Assembly (NCBI GenBank): GCA_900617105.1
Contig: UYFQ01000763.1
Location: 1-38,200 of the forward strand
Length of the DNA stretch: 38,200 bases
Direction: 5' to 3'
From: Hydrurus foetidus
Taxonomy: Eukaryota
How positions within the stretch are numbered: the first letter of the stretch is position 1; the number at the start of each line of letters is the position of its first letter. Position numbers and translations under genes: made by a program. The notes beneath the pieces were generated by a model. The model saw nothing but the letters and a program-made list of their open reading frames with translations, searched no databases and was not told where the DNA came from. This document shows positions 20,611-31,879 of the stretch, one piece after another.

Positions 20611-23600
20611 TTTCAGCACCTAAGCTCGCATGCAGCGACACAGGATCCACAAACCTTTTAGTAAGACAATCTGATGCCTCTGCTGTCATCATCGATCCTC
20701 ACCTACAGCCTATTTCAGTAACTCTTCCCAATGGCTCCACCATTAGCTCAAGTTTCAGTGGGACGTTGCTCTTCCCAAATCTTCCTTACCCTATAAATGC
20801 CTACATTTTCCCCGACAAAGTCCTTCATACTTCGCTATTAAGTGTCAGTGAACTTTGTAATGTCGGATGCCTCGCCACATTTACCGACACGCAGTTTCAC
20901 GTTACATACAACAACTCAACAGTCCTACACGGCATCAAAGCAACGTCCGACACACTATGGACGGCCCAACTACCGACACAATCTGCAGCTGCATCGACGC
21001 ACACCACTTCATCTCACGCGGCACGCCTTACCGCAGACGCTGAGTTTGTTTTATTCGTGCACGCTTCCCTAGGCAGCCCGGTCTACTCTACCTTCTTGCG
21101 CGCCATTCGAGCTGGTTACTTATCGTCATGGCCCCGACTCACAACAAACATCGTCTTAGCCCATCCACCACACACAATCGCGACAGCCAAAGGCCACTTT
21201 AATCAATTGCGACAAGGTTTGGACTCTACCAAGACAGACGCAGTCTGTCCAACGACTGATAATGACGATAGTCCGGAGTTACCTCTTACAGCTGAGTCTG
21301 CTAACCATACTTACGTCAAGATGGTTCGTCTCCCACACACCGTCAGCTCCGATTTAACTGGAAAGTTTCCTGTTCAGGCTGACAGTGGCGCACAGTACAT
21401 CCTCATTTCGGAAATGGATGGATATATTCATGCGGAACCCTTAGCATCGCGCCATCACACAGCTTACATCTCAAGCTTTACGCGAACAATCTCTTTCTTC
21501 ACCGCCCTAGGCCGTATCCCCTTCTTCCTACGACTAGATAATGAAACGTCCGCACCACTCGATGTGTTCATGAAGCGGCAAAGCATCAAGATGCAATACT
21601 GTCCACCGGGTATGCATCGATCGAATAGAGCAGAAAGGAGCATCCAAACATTCAAGAATCATGCAATAGCAACACTCTGCACAACCTCAAAAGACTTTCC
21701 TCTCACGTTATGGGATCGTCTATTACCTCAAATCGAACTCTGTTTAAACCATTTACACCCTTATAAACCAAACCCAACGATCTCAGCATACGCCGGTCTG
21801 CACGGTGGAGCTCATGACTTTAGAGCCAATCCGATCGGACCAGCCGGTGCTAAAATTCTCATACATGATAAACCCAGCACTCGGGGATCGTGGGCTCCGC
21901 ATGGAGTTGCAGGTTTCTATCTTGGTCCTGCTCCACAACATTACAGATGCTTCACAGTGTGGTCATCATCAACAAATGCAGTGCGGATCACCGACACACT
22001 CGTCTGGTTTCTCGACAATCTACAGCTGCCGAATCCCTCTGTTCATGATCTACTTCTTGCCGCAATTCATGATCTCACCACCGCCATCAATACCATCACA
22101 AGTGCCCACCCCGCTCTCCATCACCATCGTCAGCTCAGCAATATTCCAAATCTCACTCAACAACTTCATGACATCGCATCTTTATACAATCCTCCTCCGA
22201 ACGTACCTATATTGCCGATCAATGCTGTCGCTGATCCTCCCGATGCCACGGAACAGAGGGTGCACATCCCTCAGGCACCACTTTTGACCCATCTCACTTT
22301 ACCGGCAGTCTCCCAACACCCACTTACACCCACTCCCACTACGGAACAGAGGGTACCTGTTACTGATAGTGTGCCCTCCCCTCCATCGAAGTCTCAGAGT
22401 TCCAACATCGACAATCTCCCAAATGTTCCTCTCCTACCTTCCCAAAACCCACCCACAGTACCAAAACCACCGTCCCCGCCAGTAACTCGACAGCACACTG
22501 CGCGTCTGCGCGCTCATGCTGCACTTAATTTGGCTGCAGATGGCAGCCCTCTTACATACTCTAAAGCAAAAGCTGGGCCTGATGCTGCACGGTGGTTACA
22601 AGCCGAGGCGGAAGAGTTTGATCGCCTGATTACGTCACACACGATAAAACCCATCCATCAGTGCGATCAACCACATGATCGCCGTCGGGATACTACCTAC
22701 TTCAATCCGCAAACAAAACAAAAGATAGATTCTGGTGGTTCCACTACCTATCGCATTCGTGGCACAGCTGGAGGAGACAAAATCAATTACACTGGACCTA
22801 CATCAGCGCAAACAGCTGCCATGCCAGTCGTCAAGCTTCTGCTTCATTCCGTCGTCTCCGAGCACAAACAATGGATGACAATTGATATCAAAGATTATTA
22901 CCTCAACACTCCCCTACTGCGTCCTGAATTCATCCGGATCCCATGTCGCATGATACCCGACACTACAATCGCTACCCACAGTCTCATACCGTATGTCCAT
23001 CAAAATGCGATTCTTTTTGAAGTCAATAAGGGTATGTACGGCCTGCCCCAGGCAGGACTATTGACACAGCAACGCTTAATTGCCCATCTCGCCAACCATG
23101 GCTACCATGAGACATCCACTCCCTGTCTGTTTAGGCACACCTCCAACGGCACTGCTTTCACTCTCGTGATCGATGACTTTGGAATAAAATATTCGTCTAA
23201 GGCTGGAGCTGACTATCTTATTCGCACCCTTCAACTTCTTTACGTTATCACCATCAATTGGACCGGGTCCACATACATCGGATTTACGATTGTTTTCAAC
23301 AATACATCCCGCCAAGTTTCCCTCACAATGCCCGGCTACATCAGCAAAGTATTAGAGCGATTTGCTCCGCACCTTTGTCTCGGTGCTGCCTCTCCAGCCG
23401 TCTACATTCCTCCATCATATGGTGCCCCTACACAAAACGTTACTTCCGACACCTCACCACTGTTACCGCCATTAGCCATCAAAAGACTTCAGGAGCAAGT
23501 CGGTTGCCTGCTTTACTATGCCAGAGGAGTTGATGCTACCATACTTCCAGCAGTCAACCACATCGCCTCCCTACAATCTCAACCTACCGACATCGTTGCT

Positions 23601-24258
23601 GCTGCTATGGATCGTCTTCTTCAGTATTGTGCTCGCTACCCCGACAACGCACTCGTTTTCACGGCCTGCGATATGCGACTCTTTATGCGCTTCATACCTT
23701 TCCCGTCCGAAGGCACGCTCCGTCGCAGGTGGCATTTTCTACCTTGGCAACAACAACCAACCAACAACTATCAACGGTCCCTGTCTAACTCTTAGTACCA
23801 TCATTCCTGTAGTCGTATCATCTGTTGCTGAAGCAGAGTATGCAGCAGTGTTTATGAATGCCAAAGAGGGGGCCTCTATCCGAGCTATTCTCGACAGTCT
23901 CGGCTACCCACAACCTACAACCGACATTCTGTGTGACAACATGTGCGCTGTTGGTCTCGCCTCCGATACTGTCACTCCCAAGAAAACAAAATCGATCGAT
24001 ATGCAGTTTCACTGGATAAGAGATAGAGTTCGTCAGAAACAATTCAGTGTCACTTGGCGTCAAGGAGCGCACAACTTGGCTGACTTCTTCACGAAGGCCC
24101 TCCCAGTGCATCTTCATCGCACCCTTATGCCTTTTCTCGTCAGCATCCCGCCAACACCTAGCACAAAGTTTCAAAGCTCACAAGCTCGTCGCTCATGTGC
24201 GTGGAAAATGCTTCGTCACTATGCGAGAAATCATGACTGCAAATTGCTATCTGAGTAA
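20529..24258 (+). pseudogene. pol: copia Pol (PR-IN-RT-RNase H), frameshifted at the start of RNase H
   Basis: SDTGST, SDLTGKFP/RLDNETS/RAERSIQTFKNH, YRIRGTAGGDKI, TIDIKDYYL, KGMYGLPQAG, LVIDDFG, SSVAEAEY, CDN and NLADFFTK. The frame changes near 23688, where the expected x-S-D before ASYLS is missing. Confidence 0.92.
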
Positions 24259-24363
24259 TATAACTAGTAATTTTGTTAAAGCACTTCACTTTGTTGATTA
24301 CGCTCAAAATTCCTTAGTATGGCTTATTCTTCATTCATTGGCACATTACAGCTTGAGAGGGTG

Positions 24364-24525
24364 TGTTCATGTATGTACATACAATCATCCGATCTTGACC
24401 TCGATCTGCACTTCAATCTGTCTCTGTGCTTTCATTCTCGCTTCCTTCATAAGTTAATCTAAACCAACGTAAACTTGCCCATCAGTTTACTGAACGTTCT
24501 TCAGGTTGCTTCCACTGGTTCAACA
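24364..24525 (+). repeat. 3' LTR of inner copia (162 bp)
   Basis: Direct repeat of 19224-19381, followed by TSD GTTTC. Confidence 0.96.
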
Positions 24526-25274
24526 GTTTCATAGTGTAGTTGCCAAACTGAGTTATCTAGCAAAACGTGCAAAGCCAGAGTGCCTGACCGCTGTTGCATA
24601 TCTGGCTACGAGAGTCACCAAGTGTACTGAGGATGACTTAGAGAAGTTGAAGCGTGTGCTGAGATATGTAGCGAATACTCGTGAAAAAGGGGTTGTGCTC
24701 AGACCAGGGGTGATGGGAATATGCGTGAGAGTATACGTGGATGCGGCGTACGGGGTGCACAGTGATGGGAAGTCACATTCGGGGAGTTGCATTGTCATAG
24801 GAGATGTTGGATCAGTGCACTGTAAATCGAGTAAACAGAGCATAGTTACTAAGTCCAGTACAGAAGCTGAGCTGGTAGCGTTATCAGACTCAGCCAATCA
24901 AGGCTTATACTTGCGCAATTTCCTGAAAGAGCAAGGACACTCGATGGGACCAGTAATCATATATCAAGACAACACGTCGTGCATGGCGCTTGTTGCTAGA
25001 GGGAGATCTGGTGCAGAGAGGACAAGGCATATCGGAATCAGATATTTCTGGTTACAAGAGAGAATCGAAACTGGAGAAGCGGTTGTGGAGTACAAGGGTA
25101 CAAAGGAGATGTATGCTAACATTCTCACTAAACATCTGCAGGGCTCTCAATTCATTTACGAAAGGGATTCCCTAACGGGGTGGATTTGAGGAGAGATATT
25201 TTGCCTGACGAGTAGGCCGCAATATAAATGATATGCTATGCAAACTGTTTGAATACTAGCCAGTACTAGGGGTG

Positions 25275-25546
25275 TGTTGTATATTACATACGTAGCACTG
25301 GTGTTGGTACGAGGTGTACGTGCACAGGCGACACTTCGTGGGTGATTTGTTACGTGCGCGACACTTTGAATGCGTGATCGAAAATACATATACTAGTTTG
25401 AAGTTGCGAACTGTAAACTTTGTGGGCATGCTCGTGCGTCTTGCTCCACAAGTTTTAATAACAAGTCATTGATCACAGAGACCATTTTACGAGCCTTGAG
25501 AAGATTTCCGTGTAGCGAATCTTACAGAAATCCAAGTTTCTCAACA
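25275..25546 (+). repeat. 3' LTR of outer copia (272 bp)
   Basis: Direct repeat of 14959-15230, preceded by AGGGGTG and followed by TSD ACCCG. Confidence 0.97.
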
Positions 25547-26279
25547 ACCCGCCGTTACTACAAGTTTAGTACGGCATTTATAGTTTATAGGTTGTAGGTG
25601 ATCGCGAAGATTTGCATTCCCACTGCAGCGCTGTCACCTGCCAGGTCCTCTGTGCGTAATCATTTCCGATTTAGAGAAACACCTTATGCTATCAGTTTCA
25701 TGACCGAGAAAGGGAACACGTTGAACAGCAGCGATTAGTTGATAAGAAACCAACTTTTTAGTGAGGTTCTTGGATCTGATTCCATCAAAGGGATCAGAAG
25801 GACAGAAGATTGACGCACGCTTCTTTCGTTCACGCCCCAAATGATGCCAACCTAGGCATAACTCACAATGATGCCTTCTGGTTGCTCCGGAGGATATCAT
25901 ATGAGTCGAGTGGGGATGTGTCGCAGAAGTGAAGTCACGTAGACCGATGACGCGTGGCAGAGTACTTTCACGACTTTCCGAACATACAGGTATGAAATAG
26001 GACAAAACTAGTTGAAGAAAAAAGTGTTTTGAAACAAATCAGTTCTAGTTACACTGTAATTGTAGGGAGCCATCGTAAACATGAAAATGCAAAATATTAA
26101 GGAAAATTGCTTCTATATAAAAAATGCGGACTGTCTGTATATCTAGAGCAACGTTACTAGCAACAATTGGTACAAATATACAAGTTTGTGCATCATCTCA
26201 TCTATCGGGAGTAACTTGTAATAAATTGATACACTTAAAATATAACATCTGTTCACATCACTTCACATTTGTCTCATAA

Positions 26280-28808
26280 CTATGGGGAGGTTAAGGTTTT
26301 AGTTTGACCCAAGGTCTTCCCCCTGAGGGCGTACCATTGCCGTTTAAAATAATTCAGTCGGGAGAAAATAGCGCGTTTAATGCGAGACCCCCACGTCCTC
26401 ACTATGTTAGTCGTGATTTCGAATAACAGCGCTTGACCGCCTCTGCTTTGAAGAAACTGCTTGCAAATCATAGATATTTGTTCGTCACCCATTTTATCTC
26501 CTTTTTTGACGTAGGACACGGTAGCCCCGGTGTCTTTCGACATACTGCCATCTGCCGCACATGCTAGGGGAGAGTTCATGTTGGCGTCCATGCTGGCCCT
26601 GGAGGCGTCTTTTAGGAACCGTCTGAGCCTCTTCCACCTAGGCAGGTACAGGCCGCTGTCCCTATCCAGGCGCAGTATGAGGGAGCGAAACACCGCCTTG
26701 GTCTTGCCTGACGCCACCTCCTGTCCTGCAGCAGACCCGAGTCGCTTGTCCGTGTCGTCATGCAGATTCACATACGCTCTCTCCACTACCGCTGCTGCTG
26801 CTGCAGTGTATGAGATGGTGATGGGTTTCACAGTCCTGGCCTGCTTATCCACGCCGCTGAAGTCGGACAGCACTTTGCGCAGAACGTACGGGTACACCAC
26901 TTCCAGTAGACTGAAGTTCGGATCAGCGGTCAGCGCCATGCCCTCCAGAGATCCGATGGCACGCACATTATTCAAGAAGTAAGGAGGAACGGTAAAGCTG
27001 AAACGAGTCGCTACGGCGAATAGCGCGGAAATGATTTCGTCGAATTTTACTCGGGGTATCGGTGTGGCAACATCTTCTTCCTCGTCCTCACCAAAAGCAG
27101 AGGAAGAAGAAGAAGTAGTGGAGTCTCCAGAACGTTTCTTGCTAGTGGTGCTCATTTCTAGGAATGCTAGAAAAGCAATGAAGACGCTCAAGAGAGGGTT
27201 CCTTAGGAACTTTCTCACGCCCTTGGACAGTCGTACTAAAAATGCTTCTGGCAGAATCTCCGTAGGAACAATTCTTCCGACCGCAACAGCAAAGTCTAGA
27301 GACACTTTGTCCTTTTCTTTCTGTGCGAATGTTTGCATTTGTTCGTTGTGTCTGGGAGAGAAGTCAAGGACTTGTTCTGCTACTTCGGAGAGAGCGATTT
27401 CGAATGCCTTGAGATCCACTTGAAGTGCGTCACTGGGCATGAGCATCAGTGAGTCGAACTCCCTCGCAAGTGCGCTGTAATTCCTCTCGATCAAATGCAC
27501 CACGCTGCACACTAGCGCTTCTCTGACAGATATGGGCACAGTCGCCACTAGTCCAAAGTCCAGGTAGGCGAGTTTGCCTCCGGGTCCTTTCAAGAGGTTC
27601 CCCCCATGGGGATCCGCATGCAGTACCCCGGTCTCTAATATCTGACTCAGAGTGCACTGTATTCCAAGCTGCACCAATGGGAGGTCTGACGCAGACACAG
27701 TTGCGTCCTTTCTGATCAGTTTTTCTCCTTCCAGCCAAGTCATCGTTAGAACTCTTTCAGAGCACAGTGTAGGGAGTAGTTTTGGCACCAGAATGCCTGG
27801 GGATGGAAGAGTTTCGGACGCAGTTCCATTTTCAGAGTACAAAGCAGAGAACTTAAGAAGGTTATTCGCTTCGTTGATGTAGTCCAGTTCCTCGAACAGT
27901 CTGGATGCGTACTCGTCCACTGCTCCTACTCCGTCAGATCGCAATATCCCAGTCTCCGTCAAAAATATTGCGCCCCACCGGGCCAGGAGAAAATCAGCAG
28001 CAACTTGCTCTCGTAATTTTGGCCTCTGAATTTTCACAGCAATGTCAATCCCGTTGACGCGCGCTCTGTATACCTGTCCCAGAGATGCTGCAGCTATCGG
28101 CAGGGCGGAGAGGGTGCTCAACAGCTGGTCCACCATGTCGTCACTCTCCCCAGCAGCTGTGAGATCCTGCCTAATAATCTCTCTAGCCTCCTCCGTAGAA
28201 AATGTCGAAGGTATCGCATCCTGCAACAACTGAAGCTGACTGATGCCTTCGAGTCCGATCAGGTCTTGTCTTGATGATAGCGCTTGGCCTAGTTTGATAA
28301 AAGTTGGACCCATTCGAATCATCGAATCTCTAACAGCGCCAGCTAGCTTCACCTTGCTTTTGTTCAACGCTGTTTTATCTAATAATGTGCGACTAGAAAC
28401 ACTTTCTTCCATAAAGACATCCATTCCAGCGACGAATATTGTCCCCACTTCACCCAGTATCTGTACTAGTCTACCAATCACCAAAGATGGATTGCGCGTA
28501 AAATATGAGGATATATCGCTTGAGTTGTAAACAACTGATAGCATCTTGTGTGGCTCAGCTCTCGAGTGTCTATCAGTCATGACGTGAGTATCATCTGCGG
28601 GAGAGAAAGACACCGCAGAAGGGGAGAGAGTCGCTCCATCATTTGCAGGTCCTACTGTCACCTCATTATTGGTCAGCGTTCTGGCACATCTTAATGGTTC
28701 ACTTTGCATAGATGGTAGAAAATGTCTGTATCCGTGAGCAACAAAAAGGATGTGCGCATAGATAATCGTTCTGAAGCAAGAATGGAATTTCATTTCGTAG
28801 GTGGGCAT
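26280..28808 (-). CDS. ABC1/UbiB-family atypical protein kinase (ABC1K), probably plastid-targeted
   Basis: 842-aa uninterrupted ORF with GPTFIKLGQ, PIAAASLGQVYRA, AVKIQRP, EELDYINEANN, LHADPHGGN and YLDFGLV. The true start could be the second Met (MKFHS). Confidence 0.93.
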   Translation of the reverse strand: MPTYEMKFHSCFRTIIYAHILFVAHGYRHFLPSMQSEPLRCARTLTNNEVTVGPANDGATLSPSAVSFSPADDTHVMTDRHSRAEPHKMLSVVYNSSDISSYFTRNPSLVIGRLVQILGEVGTIFVAGMDVFMEESVSSRTLLDKTALNKSKVKLAGAVRDSMIRMGPTFIKLGQALSSRQDLIGLEGISQLQLLQDAIPSTFSTEEAREIIRQDLTAAGESDDMVDQLLSTLSALPIAAASLGQVYRARVNGIDIAVKIQRPKLREQVAADFLLARWGAIFLTETGILRSDGVGAVDEYASRLFEELDYINEANNLLKFSALYSENGTASETLPSPGILVPKLLPTLCSERVLTMTWLEGEKLIRKDATVSASDLPLVQLGIQCTLSQILETGVLHADPHGGNLLKGPGGKLAYLDFGLVATVPISVREALVCSVVHLIERNYSALAREFDSLMLMPSDALQVDLKAFEIALSEVAEQVLDFSPRHNEQMQTFAQKEKDKVSLDFAVAVGRIVPTEILPEAFLVRLSKGVRKFLRNPLLSVFIAFLAFLEMSTTSKKRSGDSTTSSSSSAFGEDEEEDVATPIPRVKFDEIISALFAVATRFSFTVPPYFLNNVRAIGSLEGMALTADPNFSLLEVVYPYVLRKVLSDFSGVDKQARTVKPITISYTAAAAAVVERAYVNLHDDTDKRLGSAAGQEVASGKTKAVFRSLILRLDRDSGLYLPRWKRLRRFLKDASRASMDANMNSPLACAADGSMSKDTGATVSYVKKGDKMGDEQISMICKQFLQSRGGQALLFEITTNIVRTWGSRIKRAIFSRLNYFKRQWYALRGKTLGQTKTLTSP

Positions 28809-29064
28809 GCTATTTGCGGCGTCGAATTGCCACTCCCCGCTCTCACAATGGTGCGGCTGAGTAGCTGATGCCTCTTTGTACGTGCCCTGTCTCCGATATC
28901 ACTGTTATTAAGAGTTGAGTTGCAAGATATTCAGCGAACTTTGATTCTTCACAAGATCCGGGAGCCGACAACCAGGCCACTCAATATGGCGTGCCAAACT
29001 GTTCAAAATTATTTTTTCCCGGATTTTGAAAAAATTTCCCGGATTTTCATCTCGGTCAATTAGA

Positions 29065-29468
29065 GGGTGCGTTCGGTAAATTTCGTGGAAAAACCTTCAT
29101 TTTTTTCAAAGTTGAATATGACGGGGCGATTTCAACTTCTGAAAACTGCGATTTCCTCTGGAAACGGTTTACCGAACACACACCAGAAATTTGGGGGGTC
29201 CGAAATTTTTGAGGGGTCAAAAGTCGGACAACGGACAAACCACCGCACAAATTTTTTGGGGGGCCTAAAAGCTTCATCTCAAAACTTGCAGGTTTCAGGA
29301 TTCACCTAAAACATGAATCGTTTCAAACCACAACTTTCCGTGATTTCTCACGCTGCAACAAATTTACCGAACGCTCATTTCAGTAAAAAAACTTCAATCG
29401 TCGGAAATGAAAGATTTTCGCCGAAAATCGTCGGAAATACAGGTTTTCGAAGTTTACCGAACGCACCC
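29065..29468. mobile_element. Tourist/Harbinger-like MITE (404 bp)
   Basis: 16-bp TIR GGGTGCGTTCGGTAAA / TTTACCGAACGCACCC, 3-bp flanking duplication AGA, internal TTTACCGAAC copies. Confidence 0.78.
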
Positions 29469-29772
29469 AGAGTGTTTGCGATTTCCGTTTTTTTGAAAAA
29501 TTCGTCCCCTTCGACTTTGAGGCCGGTCCTTACGGTGTCGGATTTCAGGGAAAGTTAGGCCCTTCCTAGTGGAGTACAAATTACAAAATACAAAATTTGA
29601 AAATTTTTGAACTTTTATTTTTGTACTTTGTACCTCTACGGTTGTAGTGGTTGACAAAATACGAAAGCTCTGTTTTGTATCTTTTTTAAACCTCACGTTT
29701 GTAGTGGATGTCATTTTACAAAACACAAATTTCAACCTCCAAATTTTTTTGCCACCACCTCAATTCTGCAAG

Positions 29773-30527
29773 ATGGTCAAAAACAAGGTTATGCAAGCCA
29801 AATCCAAGTCCGTGAAGAAACTTCTCGAGAAACTCAAAGCTCCCCAGTTGAAGGCGTTGCAGTATCTTCTTGCTGCAAATGCCTATGTCTCAATTATTGA
29901 GGGATCTGCTCGGAGAAAGAAGACGCAGAAAGAAGACATGGAAATGTGAGTTGTTTAAACTCTGATTATAGCATTTTAACCTCTCAAGAACTCATCAATT
30001 TGATTGTCACTTGATAGATTATACCATGGTGATGGCGGCGACCAGCTTGGTCAAGTCAACCAACTGTTGAATAGGAATAATCGCTATAAAGTCTTATGGG
30101 ACGGAGATAAATTTGGTTCTGGGTTTGGGATTTTTAGCGGTGTTACCAAAAATTCCGTCAAGGAAATCATCAATATGCCGACCACTTGAGTTCATATGCA
30201 GAAACACTTGAGTTCATTCTGGGATCTAATGGAGAACCTGTACCTGAACCAGTGTATCAATCCTCCATTCCAATGCATCAGCCTACCATTGTGCCATCAG
30301 CATCTACTCACCTTTTCAGTAAGAAACCATCTCTACCTGTTGGACTCAAATGCTCTGCCCCCAGCGAGCTTCGTAAAGTTAAATAGAAGATTGCAGCTCA
30401 GGCCCCAGTGAACGCACTAGCAAACACCGTCATTGGCAGCAGCGGAAGCAGCAGCAGCAGAATGAGCAGCGGGAGCAGCAAAAGGGACAGCAACCAAGAG
30501 AAATCCAGCAGTAGCAGCAGTAGCAGT

Positions 30528-30567
<40 letters not shown>

Positions 30568-30614
30568 AGGAAGGCAAGAGGTTAGTGAAAAAGAGAACTA
30601 CTCATAGTGTTTAA
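29773..30614 (+). pseudogene. second (accessory) ORF of the Harbinger element, disrupted
   Basis: ATG at 29773 (MVKNKVMQAK, basic), plausible GT-AG intron 29946-30017, then stops/frameshifts and a Ser-rich, basic tail. The position fits the Harbinger DNA-binding partner gene, but no Myb/SANT motif is recognisable. Confidence 0.4.
30507..30563 (+). repeat. (AGC/AGT)n trinucleotide tract
   Basis: Directly visible. Confidence 0.9.
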
Positions 30615-30894
30615 TTGATTTATAACTTGCATTGTTACAATTGGTTTTTGTATTGTGTACTCCACTACGATCGAGAGGTACAAAAATCAGGATACAAAAA
30701 AAGGAAAAATAAATATGCTTCGAAAGTATGAGAATATAAGTTGAAACTTGTTAATATAATTATGTGAATAGATTTAACGATAAATAAAGTTTGAAATTTT
30801 GTATGTTTATTTTGTACTCCACTACAATCGAACGGATACAAAATAAGAATGAATAAATACAATACATGATAGACAAGGACTTAAAAACATTAAC

Positions 30895-31879
30895 CTAGAG
30901 CCATTTGACGGAAGATGAATCTTTGGAAGGGCATATCAGTGAGGTCCACGATGGATACCCTCCATCAACAAGAATCCAGGCACCTTTGTAGTTCTCCTCT
31001 ATACCCCTTTCATTATACAGAGAGAACACATTGTCAGCAAGATAATTACTTCTCTGAATGTCGGTAATGAAGTCATCAAATCGGACTGTAGTAGTATCGT
31101 TCCATCGTCCCGGGAAGCCAACAGTTGTTGCAAGTATCTGCCGGCGGTGATTGACAACAAGTTGATATGCACGAGTTATATGAGAATCCTTTCCCCAAGA
31201 TTCTGATTCTTTAAGCGCGCATAGCACTTCTCCATTATAATGTGAGTAACATCTGCAGACCCAATACATCCATCGAATGCCGCCGCCTTAAACTCTGACA
31301 TATGATCTCTGATTTCTTCTTCAGTTTCTGAGCGTTTCACCTACATGGGATAGGAAACTCCCTGCAAGCTTTGACAAACAAATTGAAGAAAACGCGATGT
31401 GACTCCTCAGATACCCCTGTAGCCTCGGCGATATCGTCAAAAGTCCACCCTCTTCCTAGATAGCGCAAAGCACCCAGAATGAATAAATCCAATGGAATCC
31501 CAGGTTGGTGACATGCATTCCGCCGTTCGTAAGTGGGAAACCATTTTTGCTCTCTCGCCAGTTTCACTAGACCTTGAAACTTGGCGTCGGGCATCCTGAA
31601 TCGTCGCCTGAACTGGGCGTATTGACTTTTATTTTTGAACCAACCGACTCCAGATACATATCTTCGGTACCATTCCGACTTCACAGCTTGGAATGGATCA
31701 TACCCTTGATAGTTCCTTGCAGCATATGGTCTTTTTTCTTTAACAACTACTTGTTTCTGTTCTTCTTTACCCTCTTCATCCTCCTCGTCATCATTTCTAT
31801 CTCGTTTCCTTCTATACGCAGCCCATTTATCAAATACGACGATTCCTTCATCATCAAAGATACTAGTGAACCTCTCCAT
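30895..31879 (-). pseudogene. PIF/Harbinger DDE transposase, frameshifted and C-terminally truncated
   Basis: FRRRFRM, ALRYLGRGWTFDDI, GCIGSADVTH (third frame, about 31240-31270), FPGRWND and WILVDGGYP. Two frameshifts and a TAG near 31341; the last catalytic motif (R..VE..FG) is absent. Confidence 0.88.

Larger units (their letters stand above)
19224..24525 (+). mobile_element. Ty1/copia LTR retrotransposon (CoDi-I-like), inner element, full length
   Basis: LTRs at 19224-19381 and 24364-24525 (one substitution plus a 4-nt indel). 5-bp TSD GTTTC (19219-19223 and 24526-24530). PPT-like GAGAGGG just before the 3' LTR. Confidence 0.97.
15257..25189 (+). pseudogene. single-ORF Gag-Pol of outer copia (about 1541 aa once the insertion is removed), split at 19223/24531
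   Basis: CFVCGEIGHYARDC knuckle, LLDSQAS protease, SIDIM/MSDGE/IERRIR integrase, KARLVAGG, VDIGGAFL, KALYG and VHVDDL RT, YVDAAY/STEAEL/YQDN RNase H. Removing 19224-24530 rejoins LWF|HSVVAKLSYLAKR in frame. Confidence 0.94.
14959..25546 (+). mobile_element. Ty1/copia LTR retrotransposon (outer element), full length, interrupted by a nested copia
   Basis: 272-bp LTRs at 14959-15230 and 25275-25546 with one visible substitution. 5-bp TSD ACCCG (14954-14958 and 25547-25551). Domain order gag-PR-IN-RT-RH. Confidence 0.97.

Noticed and set aside
25634..26005. 123-aa minus-strand ORF between the outer copia and ABC1K
   Set aside because: Non-ATG start, no recognisable motif and no splice support.
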